From Carcharhinus amblyrhynchos (Eukaryota), in NCBI GenBank assembly GCA_965287045.1, contig OZ336878.1, forward strand, positions 110,422,001-110,486,000: a stretch of 64,000 nt of DNA, in the 5' to 3' direction. Under the pieces are notes generated by a model that saw only the letters and a list, made by a program, of their open reading frames with translations, did not search any database and was not told where the DNA came from. Within the stretch, counting starts at the first letter, position 1; each line of letters begins with the position of its first letter. The translations under genes and the position numbers were made by a program. Positions 49,000-62,120 of the stretch are shown here, piece by piece.

Positions 49000-49290
49000 G
49001 GGAGCAAGTGCAGGTCAGTTGACCCCGCGAGCCTGTCCTGCCAATCAATAAATTCATGGTTGATTTGATTGTAACCTCAGTCCCACATTCCTCCCTATCA
49101 CTGATAACCTTTTACCCCCATATTAATCAAGAATCTATCTAGCCCTGCCTTAAAGATATTCAAAGACTTTGCTTCCACTGTCTCTTAAGGAGGTGAATGT
49201 CAGAGATCCAAGACCCTCTCAGAGAAAAGAAACTTTTCCTCATCTGTGTCTGAAATGGGCGACCCGTTATTTTTGAAGCGTGACCAGCAA
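49000..49290 (-). mobile_element. CR1 3' fragment
   Basis: Reverse-complement CR1 3' UTR/ORF2 end motifs. Confidence 0.7.
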
Positions 49291-49419
49291 ATGATGAAGT
49301 AGAGAATCATTTGATAAAATTAATTATACGATGTTTGATAATCCGACCGTTGTAGCAAATAATACAGGGAAGCGTTACCTCAGTTTGTACATTAACTGGC
49401 TTCCGCATTTGTCTTCCAG

Positions 49420-49773
49420 CAACAACTGCTAGCAAGATCAAAGTGTTTCAAGAACCGCCCTCCATTGTGACAACCGAGGGAAAGACAGTCTACCTTCTCT
49501 GCACTTACAGTACATCTCATACTCAACAGAACGGAGCTTTCTCCTGGCACAGGAACACCAAAAATGGAACCGAAGAAACCAGAGTGACAAATAAATCTGA
49601 AAAATACTTGGGTAGGATTTTCGAGGTGGACAGACCATCTTTCAAAGCCAATCAAAACGCTTCTATTGCGATCAAAAACGTGAAACAGGATGACTCAGGC
49701 ATCTATTATTGTCAGGTGGAGATATTATTCGGCGTGAAAGATATTGGACCTGGAACAATACTAACAGTTGAAC
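49420..49773 (+). CDS. NCR3: NKp30/NCR3-like gene C, VJ-type IgV exon
   Basis: gtcttccag| ... C|gtaagt, 354 nt; KVFQEPPSIVTTEGKTVYLLC..GAFSW..YLGRI..ASIAIKNVKQDDSGIYYCQVEILFGVKDIGPGTILTVE. Confidence 0.9.
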
Positions 49774-49819
49774 GTAAGTTTATACAGTTGGTACTAGAAT
49801 AAGAATCCATGTGTTTGCA

Positions 49820-49921
49820 TGTGTGTGTGTGTGTGTGTGTGTTTGTATCTGTGTGTGTGTGTGAGACTGTAGACAGATGGACAAAGGTCGAGAGATATTA
49901 TGGACTCAGAGATTGAAAGAC

Positions 49922-49981
<60 letters not shown>

Positions 49982-50015
49982 GGATGGATCGATGGATCGA
50001 TGGGTAGATAGATTA
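49820..50015. repeat. (GT)n and (GATA)n microsatellites
   Basis: Direct reading: 49820-49862 and 49920-50015. Confidence 0.95.
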
Positions 50016-50604
50016 TAGGTACATACATACATATGTACATAGAAGGAAATTGATTGATAGAATATTTTCATTCCATATTTACTACAAAATGCGTAACCGT
50101 TATAATATTTCAGCAATATATCAGAATGACTATCTCAAAAACACATTTCCCAGCCTCACAGTATGGGGTTGAGTGAGTGGATGCAGATATGCGTCTCACA
50201 AGGCACACAGCTGACATGTATTAAGTATAATGGGTAGCCAAAGAGCACGCATTCGGAGTGGTATTCCATACAGCTAAATGTGTACTAATGATCTTGCTTC
50301 TTAGATCATCTAGTTCGACTTTAATCCTGATGTTGACTTTCTTTTTACTCAATAATTTACCCATTCCTTAATGCCATTGTTACATCATCCAAAACATTGA
50401 CAATGCTTCTTTCTGCTTTAATAAAGGAACTTTTTTTTACAATTTGTTCAGGATGCCATTGAACTAATAAATTAAGTGCATGTTACATAATTCTCTATCG
50501 TGTGTGTGGCAATATAATGAGGCTTTCATTGCACTGATTATTTCGAGATAGTCATCCTCATATATTGCAGAAATATTTTGTAGTAAATATGGACTGAAAG
50601 TATT

Positions 50605-50746
50605 NNNNNNNNNNNNNNNNNNNNNNNNNNNNNNNNNNNNNNNNNNNNNNNNNNNNNNNNNNNNNNNNNNNNNNNNNNNNNNNNNNNNNNNNNNNNNNNN
50701 NNNNNNNNNNNNNNNNNNNNNNNNNNNNNNNNNNNNNNNNNNNNNN
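50605..50746. other. Assembly gap (142 N) in the gene C V-TM intron
   Basis: Run of N. Confidence 1.
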
Positions 50747-50856
50747 CCCACACGAGTGTCTAAGAGAATGGCGAACAAGCTGAGTGAATATTGCGATGAG
50801 CTGCCGGAGTGAATCTAAGAAACTATTTCCTGAATTTAATTGTTACCTTTCTATAG

Positions 50857-51059
50857 ACCAGAAGCAACCCAATAAAAGCGGAGATTCGTTAGCTCGTAAG
50901 CTGATTGTGATGGGAGTGAAACTTGCAGTGTTTGCTGTGTTCATCATTATAACAATATCTTTCGTGCATTTCTACGATTCTCGAGGTTCTCCAGCGTCAT
51001 ATAATTCAGGTCGAGAGGAGATTGATTCATCCTGGAAATGTTACATGGAAATCGGTTAA
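50857..51059 (+). CDS. NCR3: Gene C stalk/TM/short tail exon with intramembrane Lys (LIVMGVKLAVFAVFIIITISFVHF)
   Basis: cctttctatag| acceptor, phase 1, in frame with V exon, open to TAA at 51059. Confidence 0.8.
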
Positions 51060-51514
51060 AATGAACCGATGGACATTTTGGACCGTGTGTATTTACAATT
51101 GATTCTGAAGTGAAATTACAAGTGCAATCATTGTAGTTGTTAAGTGCAAACGCAAAAGTATGCCACACGGCAGAACGTAACTTCTGTTCAAACATATTCG
51201 TACGTCCCTCTTTTTCTTCATGCAATTTCATATGAGAGTATTTTAATATTCAAATATGCATTCTGTGTTCTTGAAGTAATGAAACCCGTTCGTTGAAGTG
51301 TGTTTTATAGGAAGATGCTTATATTCCACGTGCGACTTTCAGTGATTTTACCTAGTGAGCCAACAAAATCAATGTCAACATGCGAAGATAGTCACATGTC
51401 TTCCCTTCTCTAGGAGATAGAGGAGCTGGTTAGGTGCTCGAAGGTGGAATATAACATTAGTATCTTAAAAATTTAAAAAGTGTGCACGCGCAAGTAGAAC
51501 ATTGTGAGCGTGTA

Positions 51515-51860
51515 TGGGCGGCACGGTAGCATTGTGGTTACAGTGTCTCAAAGCTCCAGGGACCTGGGCTCGATTCCCGGCTTGGGCGACTGTCTGTGTG
51601 AAGTTTGCACATTCTCCCCGTGTCTGCGTGGGTTTCCTCCGGGTGTTCCGGTTTCCTTCCACAGTCCAAAGATGTTCGGGTTAGGTTGATTGGCCATACT
51701 GTATTGTCCCCCATAGTGTCCCTGGATGTGTAGGTTAGAGGGACTGGCGGGATAAATGTATGGAGTTGTGGAGGTAGGGCCTAGGTGGGATTGTTGTAGG
51801 TGCAGATTCGATGGGCCGAACGACCTCCTTCTGCACCGTAGGGTTTCTACGATTCTATGA
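51515..51860 (+). mobile_element. Full-length HE1-type SINE
   Basis: gggcggcacggtagc ... gattctatga. Confidence 0.88.
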
Positions 51861-52344
51861 TTTCACATTATAAACGGTCGTTTTTTTGTGCTGTCTCCTT
51901 CGTAACCATTAAATATTAACGCGTTCTGCATAATTAATACATATGCATCTCTGGAGTTCAAGTTCAAATTCTAGTTTGCAATATAGGGAAGGTTTTGCTT
52001 CATAACAAACATTCAATTCATTGGCAAAACATCCCTTAAATTCAAACCACAGTCTGACAGAATAATGTTGATTTAACAGAGAAGTGTGACTATTCTCTGC
52101 AGATGCGAATCAATGTAATTATTTTGCACTTATTTCTATGCCTCTTCGTTAATTATGTGTTCCCGGAAGGAGCAGTTAGGCATTGAAATTTTACTCAGCT
52201 TTGTACACTCATTCAACAACTAAAATAATCTTACGTGAGGCGCAGCACAACCTATGGGCAACAATAAAGTCCCAATACTACGAAACAACAATGTGACTTA
52301 ACACGGCCTTCAGAACTAACGGTGGTCTTTCATGTGTTGTCACC

Positions 52345-52690
52345 ATGGATAGAATCAATAATCGGGGTCTTTTTCCCAGGGTAGGAATGTCAAAAACTAG
52401 GGGACAAAGGTCTAAGGTAAAGGGGGAAAGTTTAAAGGAGATGCGAGAGGCAAGTATTTTTACAAAGGATGGTAAGTGCGCTGCCAGAGGAGGTGGTAGA
52501 AGTAGATACCCAAATACAATAGCAACGTTTAAGAGACATCTTGACAGATACATGGATAGACAGGGAACTGTCGGATACAGACTGCATATTGGCAAAAGGC
52601 CTTCAGTTTAGAAAGACGTCATCTGTCGACTCAGGCCTACTGTACCGAAGGGCTTGTTCCTGTGCGGACTGTTCTTTGTCCATTCTTGAT
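52345..52690 (+). mobile_element. Old CR1 3' fragment
   Basis: LFPRVGMSKTRG..FKRHLDRYM. Confidence 0.75.
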
Positions 52691-53084
52691 GATGTGATTC
52701 CATACTGTCTAGCGACTTTGTAACATTTTGGACTGTTACTCACAACCTCTTATTCTTTTGACTTTTGCAAAGGACATTGCTGGCAAATCTCTTCCAAAGT
52801 TAGGAAGATACTTTGCTGGAAAAGAGGCGAAATCAGTAGCTTAAATCAAAACTAAGCAAGGCATAAATGGCGGATATAGATTTGAACAGCTTGATTAACA
52901 AAAGGTGAAAGGTCATTGGCCGTAGGCAGGAATGTGAGGTTGAGATGGTTGATGGAGTGTGCGCAGTGAGGCGCTCAGTTGCATATTCCTGCACCTTATG
53001 TAAAACTTGATTGTAAACAATATTGCAGCATATAAGTCTTTAAGTAAACCAACCTTAAAATTTAACAATGCAAATGACTCGAAA

Positions 53085-53360
53085 GTTTAAAGTTTATTAG
53101 TCACAAGTAGGCTCACATTCACACAGCAAGATTCTGTGAAAATCCCCTAGTCGGCCACACTCCGACACTTGTTCGGGTATATTGAGGGAGAATTAAGCAT
53201 GGCCAATCCACCTAACCAGCACATCTTTTGGACTGTGGGAGTAAGCCCACGCAGACTCGGGGAGAACGTGTGATCTCCACACAGACAGTGACCGAAGACG
53301 GGAGTCAAACCTGGGTCCCTGGCGCTGTGAGGCAGCAGTGCTAACCACCGTGCCACCCTA
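53085..53360 (-). mobile_element. SINE family B
   Basis: aaagtttattagtcacaagtaggct..aaaatcccctagtcg. Confidence 0.8.
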
Positions 53361-54637
53361 TTTTCAGTCAAAAACTGAAAGCGCAATGAATTCAACCTGA
53401 CGATGTGTGAATAATGGATGTAAAACAGAATGCCGACCTTTCATTTCTATTCTATAATTTAAGGGCACTTGCATTTTGCGATGTGTTGTAATTTTATTTG
53501 CATTCCCTAAAATAATTATGAAATTATTTAACAATTGTGTAATTGGAAAATGTTTATTTTTAACTTATCGTTTGAAGCTGTTATGAATTTATTTGTATTG
53601 TCACAAAACGGCATTTGGTCCATGAGTATTTCTTGTTTAACTAACCATCAATCTAGCTAAAACATAATGTTTTTATTTAAATGGTTGCGAAGCATTGAGA
53701 AACAACGGGTGTCTCAGTTGCGCATCATTGTTTTATGACCTTTGCATTTCTTCTTGGGATGTGGTCAACCATTCATATCCGTCAAGGTTGTCTTGAGCCA
53801 TGAAATGTGTTTGTACTGTTTTTATCCACGTGGGACCCGAGCCACGCTGCGTCCCGACATCGGAATTGTAGCTATTTGCATGCCCATTGCGACGAACGTG
53901 AAAGCTCCCATACTTTTATTTCCCCCATAACATCAGGGAAATTCGCTGATTCATTCCTTCCAGTTTCAAAGTTTCGTCTGCTGGGGTCAGGATGCAGTGA
54001 TAATCAGCACCATTCGATCCTGCCGCCGCGCTGAATTCTATCCAAACCATGTCTAGATTACAAATCCAGGGTTGCAGTGGGAAGCTACCGAACAATTAAG
54101 ATAACTGTTCACTTCTCATTGACAAGACACTTCTGTTTTGCTTTTGTTAACCAGCTATATTTGTAGCTATAAATATCAATGACTGATAGAACCGCGAACC
54201 TGGCTCCTTGAGGCAGCTTGTACATATCGGGAAACTTGTCCTTAGGTCTGAGAATATTAATCAATGTTAGGCTTATTAACAGATATGGGCAATTAGCGTC
54301 TTTCTAAGTCAGCCTAACCTATAGAAAGATTGACAAAAATCTCTCAGCAGCCCTCTTCATTATTACATCACCAATTTGTGATCTGTGGGACTGTCAATGT
54401 AAGACAAACTGACCATGGATCAAAATTATTTCGCATTATACACCCATCGAGCCTAACAAGCAATCCATTCTGCTGAGCCTTACTGTTCATCCACAAAGAT
54501 GAGTGGTGTTCAAAACACTTGTGACTCGATGGTTAATGCTCATTTCACGTGGTTTGTTAGCCGGCTCCAGTACACAACAACTTATAATGGGCTCTGTGTG
54601 CCCCTTTAAAAGTTTAAGAGTTAGTAGTGGTTAGAGT

Positions 54638-54800
54638 GATTGGGTGCAGTTTCGTTTTCAGATAGCACGCAGGGAAGTTCCGCTCAACTGTTTTGTTCTT
54701 ATATCATGTTGCCGCAGCGAATTGCTTAAAGGGTAGTAAAACTGCGTGGTGGGGAAGTTCAGGCGATGCGAAATGAATCATAAATTTGTGTTGTGGTACA
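54638..54800 (+). promoter_or_regulatory. Candidate immune-inducible element: inverted CCAAT, ISRE-like AGTTTCGTTTTC, kB-like GGGAAGTTCC
   Basis: Motif matches only (54648-54659; 54672-54681); no functional data. Confidence 0.3.
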
Positions 54801-55019
54801 GATCCCGCTTCTTGCTAAATAACAGAAGCATACCTCATTATCTTACCGTTTCACAGTCTGTGTTTCTGCCACAAATCGATCAAAATGCTCTCTGCATTAT
54901 TATGGGCCTTTTTTCTTCATCTGCTATTTCCCCCGGCAAACGAAATATCGAATATGTATAATGAGCCATTGAAAAAACTATAGCACTTATAAATGCGACA
55001 TTGTATAGTAATGCTGCCA

Positions 55020-55340
55020 TAGAAACCCTACAGTGCAGAAAGAGGTCATTCGGCCCATCCAGTCCGCGCCAACAACAATCCCAACCAGGCTCTACTCCCG
55101 TATCCCTACATATTTACCCAGTAATCTCTCTAACTTCGCATCCCAAGACACTAAGGGCAATTTAGCTTAGCCAATCCACCTAGCACGTACATCTTTGGAC
55201 TGTGGGAGGAAACCGACACAGACACGGAGAGAATGTGCAAACTCCACATGGACAGTAACCTGAGCCGGGAATCGAACCCAAGTCCCTGGAACTGTGAAGC
55301 AACAGTGCTAACCACTATGCTGCTATGCTACCATGCTACC
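55020..55340 (-). mobile_element. HE1-type SINE
   Basis: Tail and head motifs. Confidence 0.82.
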
Positions 55341-56039
55341 CGTCCATTGTGCTCCCTCAACACCGAGAGTTCTGACAAATACCAGATCATGGTAATCAAT
55401 TTAGAGTACAAAAGTTTCACAAGTCAGGTAACGAAGGAGCAGTGCTCCAAAAGCTTGTGATTCCAAATAAACCCGTTAGACTTTAACCTGGTGTTATGAG
55501 ATTTCTTATTGAGCCCACCCCAGTCCAACACCGGCATCTCCACACCAATTTAGAGTAACGCTGCTCTCCATACAATAAGTTTCAATAAATTAAATTTCAA
55601 TATTAAATTAATATCAATATATGTTATTCTTGAACTTTAAATAAACTACACTGAATTTGGGACCAGCAGCAAAACACCAACTCCTCTTGCCCCACCTAGT
55701 GGTGCACACCATATCTGTTCACATAGCAAGATTTTTCCCGGAAGAGGGCACTAGCTTGTGGACATAACTTGAGGGATGTCATTTATCGTCAGTGCAAACA
55801 AACTCAAAGCTTGAAGGAGTCGGGCTTCACACAAACGAGGCAGACCAGACACCGCCTACCACTGGTGCGTTGGAAAGGACGCAAGATAAGTGGTAGGGTT
55901 GACTGGAGCTGATGACTTCTAGATGAAAGGAGGGGATGTAACCTACAGCGCCATAATACCGCCCAGCGAATTCACACTTTATTGCGCATACGTCTGTCCT
56001 CACACATTCCATAGGGCTTTGTATTCGAATTTATCATCG

Positions 56040-57080
56040 AATCATAGAAGTATTCAGTGTAGAAGAGGCCCTCCGGCCCATCAAGTCTGCACCAATACGT
56101 GGGAAACACCTGAGCTCCCAGCCAGTACCATTCACCAGCACTTGGCCCATAGCCTTGAATTTTATGATGTGACAAGTGTTCATCCAGGTACTTTTTAAAG
56201 GGTATAAGGCAGCCCACCTCTACCACCCTCCCAATGCATTCCAGATCGTCAAAACCCTCTGGATAAAAATGTACTTCCTCACCCCGCCCGACCCCCGTAA
56301 ATATCTTGCCCCTCACCGTGAACTTGTGTCCCTTCAACTAAGGGGCACAGCTTCTCCTTATCCACTCTGCCCTTGCCCCTCATAATCTTGCAATGATTAG
56401 AATTTGAAAAGAAAATCAGTTCGATTTAAAGGGTAGCAGATTAGAGTCATATAGGTGGGATTTTACGGCCTCGCTCGACCGAGACCGGAAATTGCCGACT
56501 GAGGTTCACGGACATGACTCATCCCTCGCCCGCACCAATTCCGTGGTGGGCGAGGCGATAGATCGGCAAAGTCATACAGCGCATAAGAAGGCCTTTCTGC
56601 CCAACCAGTCTGCACCGACAAAACATACCACTAAATTCGCACTAATTCCATTTTCCAGCACTTGCCTCATACCCTTGAAAGCTGTGATGTTTCAAGATCT
56701 CGTCCAAATACGCTTAGAAGGTTGTAACATTTCGGTCCTCCACTTCCCAGGCAACTCATTTCAGATTCCCACCACCTTTTGAGTGAAAAAGTGTTTTCTC
56801 AAATCCCCTCTGGATTTCCTGACCCTTACCCTAAAGCGATGCCCGCTCGTGATTGATCAATCAACAAAGGGGAACAGCTACTCCGTACTCACTCTGTCCA
56901 TACCCTCATAATCTTATACAGTTTAAATATGCCTCTTCTCACCCTCCCTTCTCCGCCTTCTCTGCTCTAGAGATAAAGCCCTGCCAGTCTGGCCTCTCTT
57001 CTTAGCTGAATTGCTCTGTCTCAGGCAACATTCTGGCAGATCTCTTCTGTACGCTCTCCAGTGCAATCACGTGGTACCTA
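56040..57080 (-). mobile_element. Two old CR1 3' fragments (about 56040-56390 and 56570-57080)
   Basis: Reverse-complement KGHKF..FKKYLD motifs and CR1 3' UTR. Confidence 0.7.
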
Positions 57081-57454
57081 TAGTGACATTATAAGATTGT
57101 CCTCTTATGAGGTGTAATTATGCTTTTCTAACACTGCTGAAAGAAAGTTTTCTCTTGGTGCAAGACTAAGGATAAAAGACCTTTGTGAACAGGAAAGGCA
57201 ATTGTATATTCTTCTGAATCCAGTAATTTGAAGAACCCATACTGGGGTACAAAGAGTCTGAAACAGGAAGTCTAAAGTAGAACATTTAATCTGAAGCCAA
57301 AGCAGGCAGGGAAAACGATGAAGCTGATAGAACTAATGTGGCAGCGACAGAAGACAGAAAAAAAAGAGAAAATACTTTTTCAAACACTCAATAATAATCA
57401 AAATCAGATAGAGTCATGCCCCACACTTGCAAAAGTAATTTTCAAGTGTAAGTG

Positions 57455-57775
57455 TGCGTGGTACAGTGGTTCACATTGTCATCTCACAGAGCCAGGGGCC
57501 TAAGTTCAATTCCGGCTTTGGGTAACTGTGTGGAGTTTTTACCTTCTACCCGTGTCTGCGCGGGTTATAGCCAGGTGCTTAGGTTTCTTCCTACACTACA
57601 AGGATATAAGTGTTAGGTTGATGGCCATGCTAAATTACCCCTTAGTATCAGGATGATTAATAGGCTAATCATCCTGACACATGGGGCTACCGGGGTAGAG
57701 CCTGCCTGGGATTGTTGTCGGTGCAGGCTCGATGGGGCAAATGGCTTCCTTCAGCCCTAGAAGGATTTTAGGATT
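57455..57775 (+). mobile_element. Diverged HE1-type SINE
   Basis: Head and tail motifs. Confidence 0.7.
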
Positions 57776-58289
57776 CAAAAACCCTAATGTTTTTAGGACT
57801 TACTCCACCGTTAAAATGAAAGCACAGTTAAACAAAATTATATATTTTCTCACGTCTTTAGTGGGAATAAAACTGCATCTTAAATCATGAAACTCAATGT
57901 GACTCGCGTTAGTTTAACATGGAAGCACCTAACCAGATTAGAATCAATATTTCACTTATTTCAGAGGATAAGTTCTGGTTCTTCATGCGATAATCTGCAA
58001 TGGCATCGAATCACATCAGCCCTGAATAGCAGGATGTTCAATATCCAGTTTCGAAAGCCAAATTTAACAAAATGATGCTCTAAAGAAGTTAGAATGATTA
58101 AGTGAATAAATACTAAAGTTCTGGATTACAAATTGAAATTACAGATAGAAAGCAGAGAGCAACAATTAACAGATCATCATCATCATGGCAGCTATTACTG
58201 GTGTGCCGTAATTGGGCAAATGTTATTTCAGTCGATATAAATGAAGTGGATGTGGACAACATCCGTGGATTACAGGGGGTATCGAAGAC

Positions 58290-60178
58290 TTGGTCAGGAA
58301 GAAGAGGGAGGCATATGTTAGGTCGAAACAACTGGGAACGGAGAGTGCGCTGGAGGGATATAGAGAGGGTAGGAGGGAGCTTAAAAGGGGAGTTAGAAGG
58401 GCGAAAAGAGGGCATGAAATGGCTTTGGCTGATAGGATTAAGGAGAATCCAAAGGCATTTTACTCTTATATTAGGAACAAGAGAGTGGTTAGAGGGAAAA
58501 TTGGTCCTCTTAGGGACAAAGGAGGGGAGCTGTGTATCGAGTCTGAGGGAATGGGGGAGATCCTGAATGAATACTTTGCGTCGGTATTCACGAAGGAGAG
58601 GGGTTTGGTGTCATGTAATGTCTCGGAGGGAGCTGTAGATCAGTGGAAGGAAATATCCATTACGAGGGAGGAAGTGCTAAGGTTTTTAGGTAGCATAAAA
58701 ACGGATAAAACTCTGGGGCCTGATGGTATTTATCCCAGGCTGCTTAGGGAGGTGAAAGATGAAATTGCTGGGCCTCTGACGCAAACCTTTGTCTCTTCCT
58801 TGGACATAGGTGGGGTCCCAGAGGACTGGAGGGTAGCTAATGTGGTACCGCTGTTTAAAAAGGGTAGTAGGGATAACCCTGGTAATTATAGGCCAGTGAG
58901 TTTGACATCGGTGGTAGGAAAATTATTGGAACAAAATCTTAGGGATAGGATGTATGAGCATTTGGAGCGTTGCAATCTGATTAGGGATACGCAACATGGC
59001 TTTGTTCGGGGAGGTCTTGCCTTACGAATCTGGCAGAATTTTTTGAGGAGGTGACAATAACGGTTGACGATGGGCGAGCCGTTGATGTCATCTATATGGA
59101 TTTCAGTAAGGCGTTTGGCAAAGTCCCTCACGGTAGGCTGGTAGAAAAGGTTAAGGCACATGGGATACAAGGGCAGGTAGCTAGGTGGATTGAAAACTGG
59201 CTGGGCAATAGGAGACAGAGAGTAGTAGTGGAAGGGTCCTTTTCTGGCTGGAGGTCAGTCACCAGTGGTGTGCCGCAGGGCTCAGTACTGGGACCTCTCC
59301 TCTTTGTAGTATATATAAACGGCTTGGAAGAGGGCGTACGTGGCGTGATCTGCAAGTTTGCGGATGGCCCCAAGATGGCAGGATTGGCAGATACTGAGGA
59401 GGACTGTCAGGTGACACAGCAGGATATAGATAGGTTGGTATATTGGGCAGATAGATGGCAGATGGAATTTAATCCTCACAAATGCAAGGTGATGCATTTT
59501 GGAAGGGATAATGCAGGGAGGAGTTACGTGATAAAAGGGAGACCGATTAAGAGTATAGAAATACAGAAGGACCTGGGAGTGCAGGTGCACAAGCCTCTGA
59601 AGGTGTCAACACAGGTTGAGAAGGTTGTGAAGAAAGCTTACGGAATGCTAGCCTTTATAGGAAGGGGTATAGAGTATAAGAGCTGCCGTCTAATGCTTCA
59701 GTTGTACAGAACGTTGGTTCGGCCGCACTTGGAGTACTGCATCCAGTTCTGGTCACCTTACTACCGGAAGGACGTGGAGACCCTGGAGAGGGTGCAGAGG
59801 AGGTTTACCAGGACGTTGCCTGGCATGGAAGGACTGAGTTACGAGGAAAGGTTGGAGAAACTGGGGCTCTTCTTAGAAAGACGGAGGTTAAGGGGGGATC
59901 TGATAGAAGTGTATAAAATAATGAAGGTAATAGATAGAGTCAACAGTGGTAGGCTTTCCCCTAGATTGGGGACAATTACGAGAGATCACGATCTAAGGGT
60001 GAGGGGGGAGAAGTATAATTTGGATACTAGAGGAAGGTTTTTCACGCAGAGGGTCGTGGGGGTATGGAACGCGCTGCCAAGTAAGGTGGTGGAGGCAGGC
60101 ACGGTGGACTTGTTTAAGGTTTACTTAGGTAGACACATGAGCGAAACCGGGATGGAGGGTTATAGTAGACGGTATTAA
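58290..60178 (+). mobile_element. 5'-truncated CR1 LINE ORF2 (reverse transcriptase), frameshifted
   Basis: ORFs 58290-59054 and 59051-60178: GPDGIYPR, NYRPVSLTSVVGK, DFSKAF, SGVPQGSVLGPLLF; catalytic FADD altered to FADG. Confidence 0.95.
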
Positions 60179-60769
60179 AAAGGGTCAGAGCCTCCGGACG
60201 ACACCGGAAGCGTAGTATTACATGTTAATGTTTTGTCTCTTTAATCCACAGGTGTCGGTCCACCTTGTTGTCAAACAAGGGGCATGCACACGGTGGGTCG
60301 TGCGTGGGCTGCTCTTGGAGGTTTCGAGAGTGACCTGGTACTTCGTGCCGGTGTGTGTGCTTAATCCTGGACCAGCAGACGGGCACCACAACAGCTCAGT
60401 GACTATCACTGCTAGCTGTGCAGATACATGGATTTGGGCCTGTGTCTGTGGGAGTTTGCGCATTCTCCCTGTGGTTGCGTGGGTTTCCTCCCACACCCCA
60501 AAGATGTGCTCTTAGGCTGATTGGTGTACCAAATTGACCCTACACTATTCTCCCCTGAATCTGGCTACATTAGGGGTTCCATTCACATACACACGGGGCA
60601 GGGTAGGTGTAGGAAAATGCTTTGTTGAAGGGGCGGCGCGGGCTCGTTGGGCCGAAGGGCCTGTTTCCCGTGCTGGGTTGTTCTTTGTTCTTTGTAACAA
60701 ATGCAGTTCTTCCAAGTTTCCAAATTGTATTCCATGTAGTTTTTCTCTCCTTAGCTAAAGACGAAAATA

Positions 60770-61240
60770 CTTGCCAGAGGAGTGCAACAGAGACATACCA
60801 GACTAATCCCTGTGATTAGTGATTGCAGAAATTCTCTTTATATGGTATATATTTTCAAGAAATGAGAGTTGACATTGCTGGAACTTACAAAATTCTTACA
60901 GGCTGTGACAGGGTAAATATGGATGGGATGTTTCCCCTGCCCAGTGAGTCTGGAGCAATGGGGCACTGACCCGGAGTCAGGGGCATTTAAAATTGAGAAG
61001 TGGACGAAATTCTTTACTCGGAGGGTGGCGACTCTTTGGAAATCACGACCCCAGGGAGTTGTAGAAAGCTAATCATTGAGCAGACTCAAATCAGACATCG
61101 CTAGAACATTTGAATGCCAATGATATCAAGGGTAATGGGGGAATATAGCATAGAGATAATCAGCCACGACCTGTTTGAATCGAGAAGTAGGCTCGATGGG
61201 CCAAATGGCTTCCTGCTGCCTTTATTTCCTATGTTCTTAG
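60770..61240 (+). mobile_element. Old CR1 3' fragment
   Basis: Degenerate ORF2 end and 3' UTR ending tttcctatgttctt. Confidence 0.65.
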
Positions 61241-61994
61241 GTCACAGTCTCCGAGAGCAAGTTGGAAAAGTTTTGTGGAGGTAATTTCCGATTTGCTCAG
61301 TTGGTAGTTAAGGGAGCACCCGAATCCCACACTGGCTGATGGTATTTCATAATATTATTCACGTACTAGTTATTTGCCAAAGGAAATATTCATTTGTCGC
61401 ACGCACATTTGCTAACAAAAGCGTATATATAGGTGAGAAATTGAAAAATGGCGCCTGACAAATTCACAGAGACTTTTAGGGAAACTCAAGTTTGTGTTAT
61501 AATTCACAGGTTTCAGTCTGTACAGCGAGACATAGCTTCCGCTGTCTGCTTGTTGCAAACTATACAATCATATGATGCTTCACTGCGACTGATACTATTT
61601 TGCGCATTGCTCAAGAAGGTTGGCAGCGAAAATGAATGCAGCTCTTTCAGAAACTATCTTTGCACAATTTCTGCAAAAGTAGGAACGATGATTCTCGGAA
61701 CATTTGCTCCCAAATGTAACTTCAGTTTCAGACTGAGTGTCTGGCCATGGTGGGCATTTCGCAAGTATTTTTCTTAAACCTTTGTTTCACCAAAACCTTG
61801 AAACTTTTAACACTTCAAGAGCAAGCATTTGGAGATGGCAATTTCAACAAGAGTTCCATTTCGTTATTCTACTGATAAATATCCAGTAGGGATGAATCTT
61901 ACAAGGACGGGAATGAAGCAGATGGTTGCACATTCACCCAAAGGAAGAATACTTAGAAAACTGTTAGCAGGGTTCGCTTCCCACTTTCATGTAT

Positions 61995-62120
61995 AAGAAC
62001 ATAAGAACATAAGAAATAGGAGCAGGAGTAGGCCATCTAGCCCTTCGAGCCTGCCCCGCCATTCAATAAGATCATGGCTGATCTGTCGTGGCTCAGTTCC
62101 ACATTCCCGCCCTCTCTCAT
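61995..62120 (-). mobile_element. Young CR1/HER1 3' UTR
   Basis: aagaacataagaacataagaaataggagcaggagtaggcc.., reverse complement of 11540-11650. Confidence 0.9.

Noticed and set aside
58290-60178. Active or domesticated reverse transcriptase gene
   Set aside because: 5'-truncated, frameshifted near 59010-59050, and the catalytic FADD reads FADG
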